A stretch of 64,000 nucleotides of DNA from Tubulanus polymorphus (lineage: Eukaryota > Animalia > Nemertea). Positions 59,489 through 64,000 of the stretch are shown piece by piece. Made by a program: the position numbers and the translations under genes. Position 1 is the first letter of the stretch, and the number at the start of each line of letters is the position of its first letter. The stretch covers positions 14,000,275 through 14,064,274 of the forward strand of contig NC_134032.1 of the NCBI RefSeq assembly GCF_964204645.1, given 5' to 3'. Below the pieces are notes generated by a model that saw only the letters and a list, made by a program, of their open reading frames with translations, did no database searches and was not told where the DNA came from.

Positions 59489-60976
59489 GTGGGTTTTCTA
59501 TATCGTCGCGTATTCCAGTTTTACCCAGGCCTCCAGTCATTTATCAATTCACTCTGTGTGAAAATTGCATTTACTTTGTGTATATCCGATATTTTAATGT
59601 ATCTCAAATTGATATTCTCGTTGTGAAGCACTTTATGAAAAGGGGACTCGATTCCACAATTCAAGGTCGAAACATTTTGATTTTACAATAACAATTTTGG
59701 AAATGAACTAATTCTATTCAAATCTTAGACCAATGAAATGATTTAATCTGAACAACCTACAAGTTGATGTTTAATGATTTATTTTGGAAATTGAAGATAA
59801 ATAGCTGATTATTGTGATATCCGAGCATTTGTTACATAGGGCCGTCGTACAAAGAGCTAACAATGACCAGTGGTCAGTAGTGTAGTCATCAGTGTAACAA
59901 TGACCAGTGGTCAGCAGTGTAGTCATCAGTGTAACAATGACCAGTGGTCAGTGAGGTGGTCAGTGTCCTGTTGGATTTAATACTCGTTTAACTTGAATGA
60001 AATGATGAATTATTTCCGCTTGAGAAAATGAAATAGGAACTATTGTTATTACTATAGGAACAATTGTTATTACTATAGAAACTATTATTTATTGGAACTA
60101 TGAGCCTCTGTCAAACCTTCTACCGTTTTAATGTATCAACTCCATAGCAACTAGACAACAGATTGATGAATTCTATTGAACCGCGCGTTTAAAAATACAA
60201 CCCCTATCTCGGTCATGCTGTCACGTTACTGACAAGTTGTATCTCTATTTATTTATTTTCCAATTCAATTAGATTTACTAAGTATAAGTCGTCAGTTGAT
60301 AAGTCTCCACATAAGTCTCCTGAAGTCGTCTCTATTTTGTTATTCGGTTTCAATTTGTATTTCCAGCCCAATTTACTGAGTGTAAGTCGTTATTTGTATA
60401 AGTCATCAACGTTGATGATTGTCACAAATATAACGACTTATATGAGTTCGACTGAATTTGATAAATAGTCGATAAACAAGTTAGACTTCACCAAGCCCAC
60501 TAGGTGTCACTAGTGTGCAGCAGGACTGTTCCACATGACCTGCGATGATTTAGGGGGTGCCTTAATTTTGATGAATAAACTTACTGGATGCTGTGATATA
60601 CTTCCCATCGGTTAATCATCCTCCTCCAGTCTCTAGAACGGATACAGCAGACTCCGCGTAAACCTTTCTCTATTGAACGATGATGATCTCTCCTATGGAT
60701 TATCCATCATTTATCCCGGTTATCTTTCTGTCTTTCAGCCTCCCGCTTCAGCCAACGCTAACACTGACAATTCATACCGGTATCTGTTTGAGGTTGAGAG
60801 CACATTTCAAATGAATGATTCTAAAGCGTTCTGGATTCCTTTACTATCAATGATTCTGATCTTCTTAAACGTATTCAAAATGATTTGTGTCCGTGAAACT
60901 TTGAATGAACTGATATCAATCTGGAGGTGTTGGAGCGGAATACGTCGGAGTACAGATATTTTACAAGTATCCCCAG

Positions 60977-61095
60977 GGGCCGGTTGCATAGTCACGGCTT
61001 AGACTTAACACCAGTCTAAGACCAACTTGGTTCTAAAGCCAATCTAACAACTTTAGACCAGTCTTAGAATTTAAGACCACTTTTGGACTTACGTC
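60977..61095. mobile_element. PIF/Harbinger-type MITE
   Basis: Termini GGGCCGGTTGCATAGTC / GACTGTGCAACTGGGCCC in a CWG context; related decayed copies near 17525, 20590-20910 and 55460-55685. Confidence 0.6.
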
Positions 61096-61921
61096 ACGAC
61101 TGTGCAACTGGGCCCTGAGCTATTCGCAAAAACCTTTCATGGGCTACACCTTTAATGATGACCAGAGTTTTTCACTGTGGCTGTATGGATACCCCTTAAA
61201 CAACGAGAATTGTCCACGTCTGGGGTACCCCTTTAATGACCAGAGTTGTCCATTGCTATTCTCCCTCTTGGAGTACCCTGGCAAACTTCATTAGTTTGAA
61301 ATACCCATTGGCTCTCTTCTGGAGTGTGCTCCAGCAACCTAACCTGTTCTAGAATGTGCTGCAGACCTCATTACGATTACTATTTCCGAGGAGCCTTCTC
61401 ACCTATTCCTGAAAGTATAATTTTCAATTAAACTAATGTTTTTTACATCAAATTGCTCTCATTTGTGAACTATTACAATTAGAGATATCAGGTTTAGTGT
61501 GGCCCGGTGCTCTAACGATCCGGCGTATTCTCGAGTGTGCTACAGCAATTGGCCCTTTCTATTCTGCCGGTGTTTGATTTCTGGTCATATCTATATCTTG
61601 TAAACTAACTGTTAGTTTAAGGTATATAAGAAATGAGACCCTGGATCCACAGATAAGACTCGTGGAGCATGTATCAGATGACTCATAAGTCATGTAGCAA
61701 CAGTTTATCAATAAAGACTCGCTACTTATTGAGTCGTCAGTTGTGGCGGTTGACAAAAATTATCAGTTCGGTATTTGATGACAGGAAATAGTGAGTCATC
61801 ATCAGCTCGTGAGCATGACCGGTTGTTTATGGAATTAAATTAGATACTGATAGAATAACATGAGATGAGGCTTATTGAGTGAAAATCAAATTATCATCAG
61901 CAGAAAGAGAGGACGGTTCGC

Positions 61922-62401
61922 AGAGAGATAACTGTGGTGGTAGAGAGATAACTGGGATAACTGGGGTGGTAGAGAGATAACTGGGATAACTGGGGTGGTA
62001 GAGAGATAACTGGGGTGGTAGAGAGATAACTGGTGTGGTAGAGAGATAACTGGGATAACTGGGGTGGTAGAGAGATAATTGGGATAACTGGGGTGGTAGA
62101 GAGATAACTGGGATAACTGGGGTGGTAGAGAGATAACTGGGATAACTGGGGTGGTAGAGAGATAACTGGTATGGTAGAGAGATAACTGGTGTGGTAGAGA
62201 GATAACTGGGATAACTGGGGTGGTAGAGAGATAACTGGTGTGGTAGAGAGATAACTGGGATAACTGGGGTGGTATAGAGATAACTGGGATAACTGGGGTG
62301 GTAGAGAGATAACTGGGATAACTGGGGTGGTAGAGAGATAACTGGGATAACTGGGTGGTAGAGAGATAACTGGGATAACTGGGGTGGTAGAGAGATAACT
62401 G
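61922..62401. repeat. 20/29-bp tandem repeat
   Basis: GGTAGAGAGATAACT(GGGATAACT)GGGGT units. Confidence 0.92.
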
Positions 62402-62925
62402 GAGATAGGAGTGAGATATCTGGGATGATAGAGGGATAACTCGCGAACTGGGGTGACAGAGAAATAACTGAGGTGGTGGGTGACTGGTGGTGTGATATGG
62501 AAGTGGGTGACTGAGAATCAATCATTAATATCTTTAACTATCAAGTGTATAAGTAAGCATGTTGATATCTCAGATATTTTGATATTCTCCGCGATACGGT
62601 TTGATACTGTTTGATACGTATATCTGATATTCTCCGAGGTTGCTGTTTCATATTCCCTCTTAGATTTCAATATAGATATGAGTCATACTTTACGCCAGAG
62701 CAACAGTCTCTCTCATTCTCCGTTGAGGGAAACATACAGTCTCTAAGGAGTCTCACGGATCAATGAGTCGTATATTTGAGTCGACTCACGACTCACGCGA
62801 CTGGCGGAGTCATTAGCTGGACTGACGGAGAGTGGTTTGATTGATGAGATACACAGGTAACATTAGTTGAGTCATTGATAGTTTGATATATTAGAAGGAT
62901 TTAATCTCAAACTGTGAGACCGTTA

Positions 62926-63797
62926 TATCTCCCCCTCGTCTACCCCCTCCCCTACTGGTTCACTCACATTCATCTCCCCCCGGTCTACCCCCTCCCCTAC
63001 TGGTACATTCATCACCCCCCTCGTCTACCCCCTCCCCTACTGGTTCACTCACATTCATCTCCCCCCTCGTCTACCCCCTCCCCTACTGGTTCACTCACAT
63101 TCATCTCCCCCCTCGTCTACCCCCTCCCCTACTGGTTCACTCACATTCATCTCCCCCCTCGTCTACCCCCTCCCCTACTGGTTCGCTCTCATTCATCTCC
63201 CCCCTCGTCTACCCCCTCCCCTACTGGTTCACTCACATTCATCTCCCCCCTCGTCTACCCCCTCCCCTACTGGTTCACTCACATTCATCTCCCCCCTCGT
63301 CTACCCCCTCCCCTACTGGTTCACTCACATTCATCTCCCCCTCGTCTACCCCCTCCCCTACTGGTACATTCATCTCCCCCCCCCCCTCGTCTACCCCCTC
63401 CCCTACTGGTACATTCATCTCCCCCCTCGTCTACCCCCTCCCCTACTGGTTCACTCACATTCATCTCCCCCCTCGTCTACCCCCTCCCCTACTGGTTCAC
63501 TCACATTCATCTCCCCCCTCGTCTACCCCCTCCCCTACTGGTTCACTCACATTCATCTCCCCCCTCGTCTACCCCCTCCCCTACTGGTTCGCTCTCATTC
63601 ATCTCCCCCCTCGTCTACCCCCTCCCCTACTGGTTCACTCACATTCATCTCCCCCCTCGTCTACCCCCTCCCCTACTGGTTCACTCACATTCATCTCCCC
63701 CCTCGTCTACCCCCTCCCCTACTGGTTCACTCACATTCATCTCCCCCCTCGTCTACCCCCTCCCCTACTGGTTCACTCACTCACTCACATTCATCTA
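62926..63797. repeat. 46-bp minisatellite, about 19 copies
   Basis: Unit TCTCCCCCCTCGTCTACCCCCTCCCCTACTGGTTCACTCACATTCA. Confidence 0.95.
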
Positions 63798-64000
63798 CCT
63801 CCACCTCAGCTCGGTGTGAGTCAGTAGTAACTTGTTTTTCCAATAAAGATTAAAATCAGAACCACTGAGAAATCGATATAGAAATAGATTCAACACCTTA
63901 AAATATATACTACCCTCATCCATACTTCATTCCTCTCCTCTTTCTCTCATTCTCTTCCTCTGCCTTTCTCCTTTTCTCCCAGACTCTACCTCTCCCCAGC

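Noticed and set aside
60739-60779. Candidate internal exon for the plus-strand gene
   Set aside because: Good acceptor but weak donor (GTATCT), a stop in the phase needed after the 59488 donor, and no recognisable peptide.
57013-63819. ORFs of 138-301 aa at 57.0, 61.9 and 62.9 kb
   Set aside because: Each coincides with a minisatellite.

Overview
AT-rich, intron-containing animal genomic DNA; the repeat and gene content look like a marine invertebrate, but the species cannot be determined from the sequence. Two complete minus-strand protein-coding genes were reconstructed with GT-AG introns in consistent phase. One is an activator-type E2F (E2F1/2/3 family; 7 exons, 8828-13227, 444 aa). The other is PDIA6/P5 (11 exons, 15465-22078, 422 aa, two CGHC sites, C-terminal KDEL), whose promoter has an exact ERSE and an XBP1-type site. 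A tRNA-Ala(UGC) lies between them. From about 22.6 to 35 kb the window is a mosaic of non-autonomous transposons, an apparently identical 1420-bp tandem duplication, and a non-coding repeat whose units each carry splice sites. From about 35 kb onward it looks intronic: a signal-peptide first exon at 35355, a second candidate first exon near 59.4 kb, and many minisatellites. The most notable items are three Penelope-like insertions with hammerhead ribozyme motifs in two of them (one with a tandemly expanded stem II), a 143-bp solo LTR carrying a tRNA-type Pol III promoter, a 76-bp tRNA-like satellite, and satellites apparently derived from a MITE terminus. Most long ORFs in the supplied track are read-throughs of tandem repeats. 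All coordinates were counted by hand.
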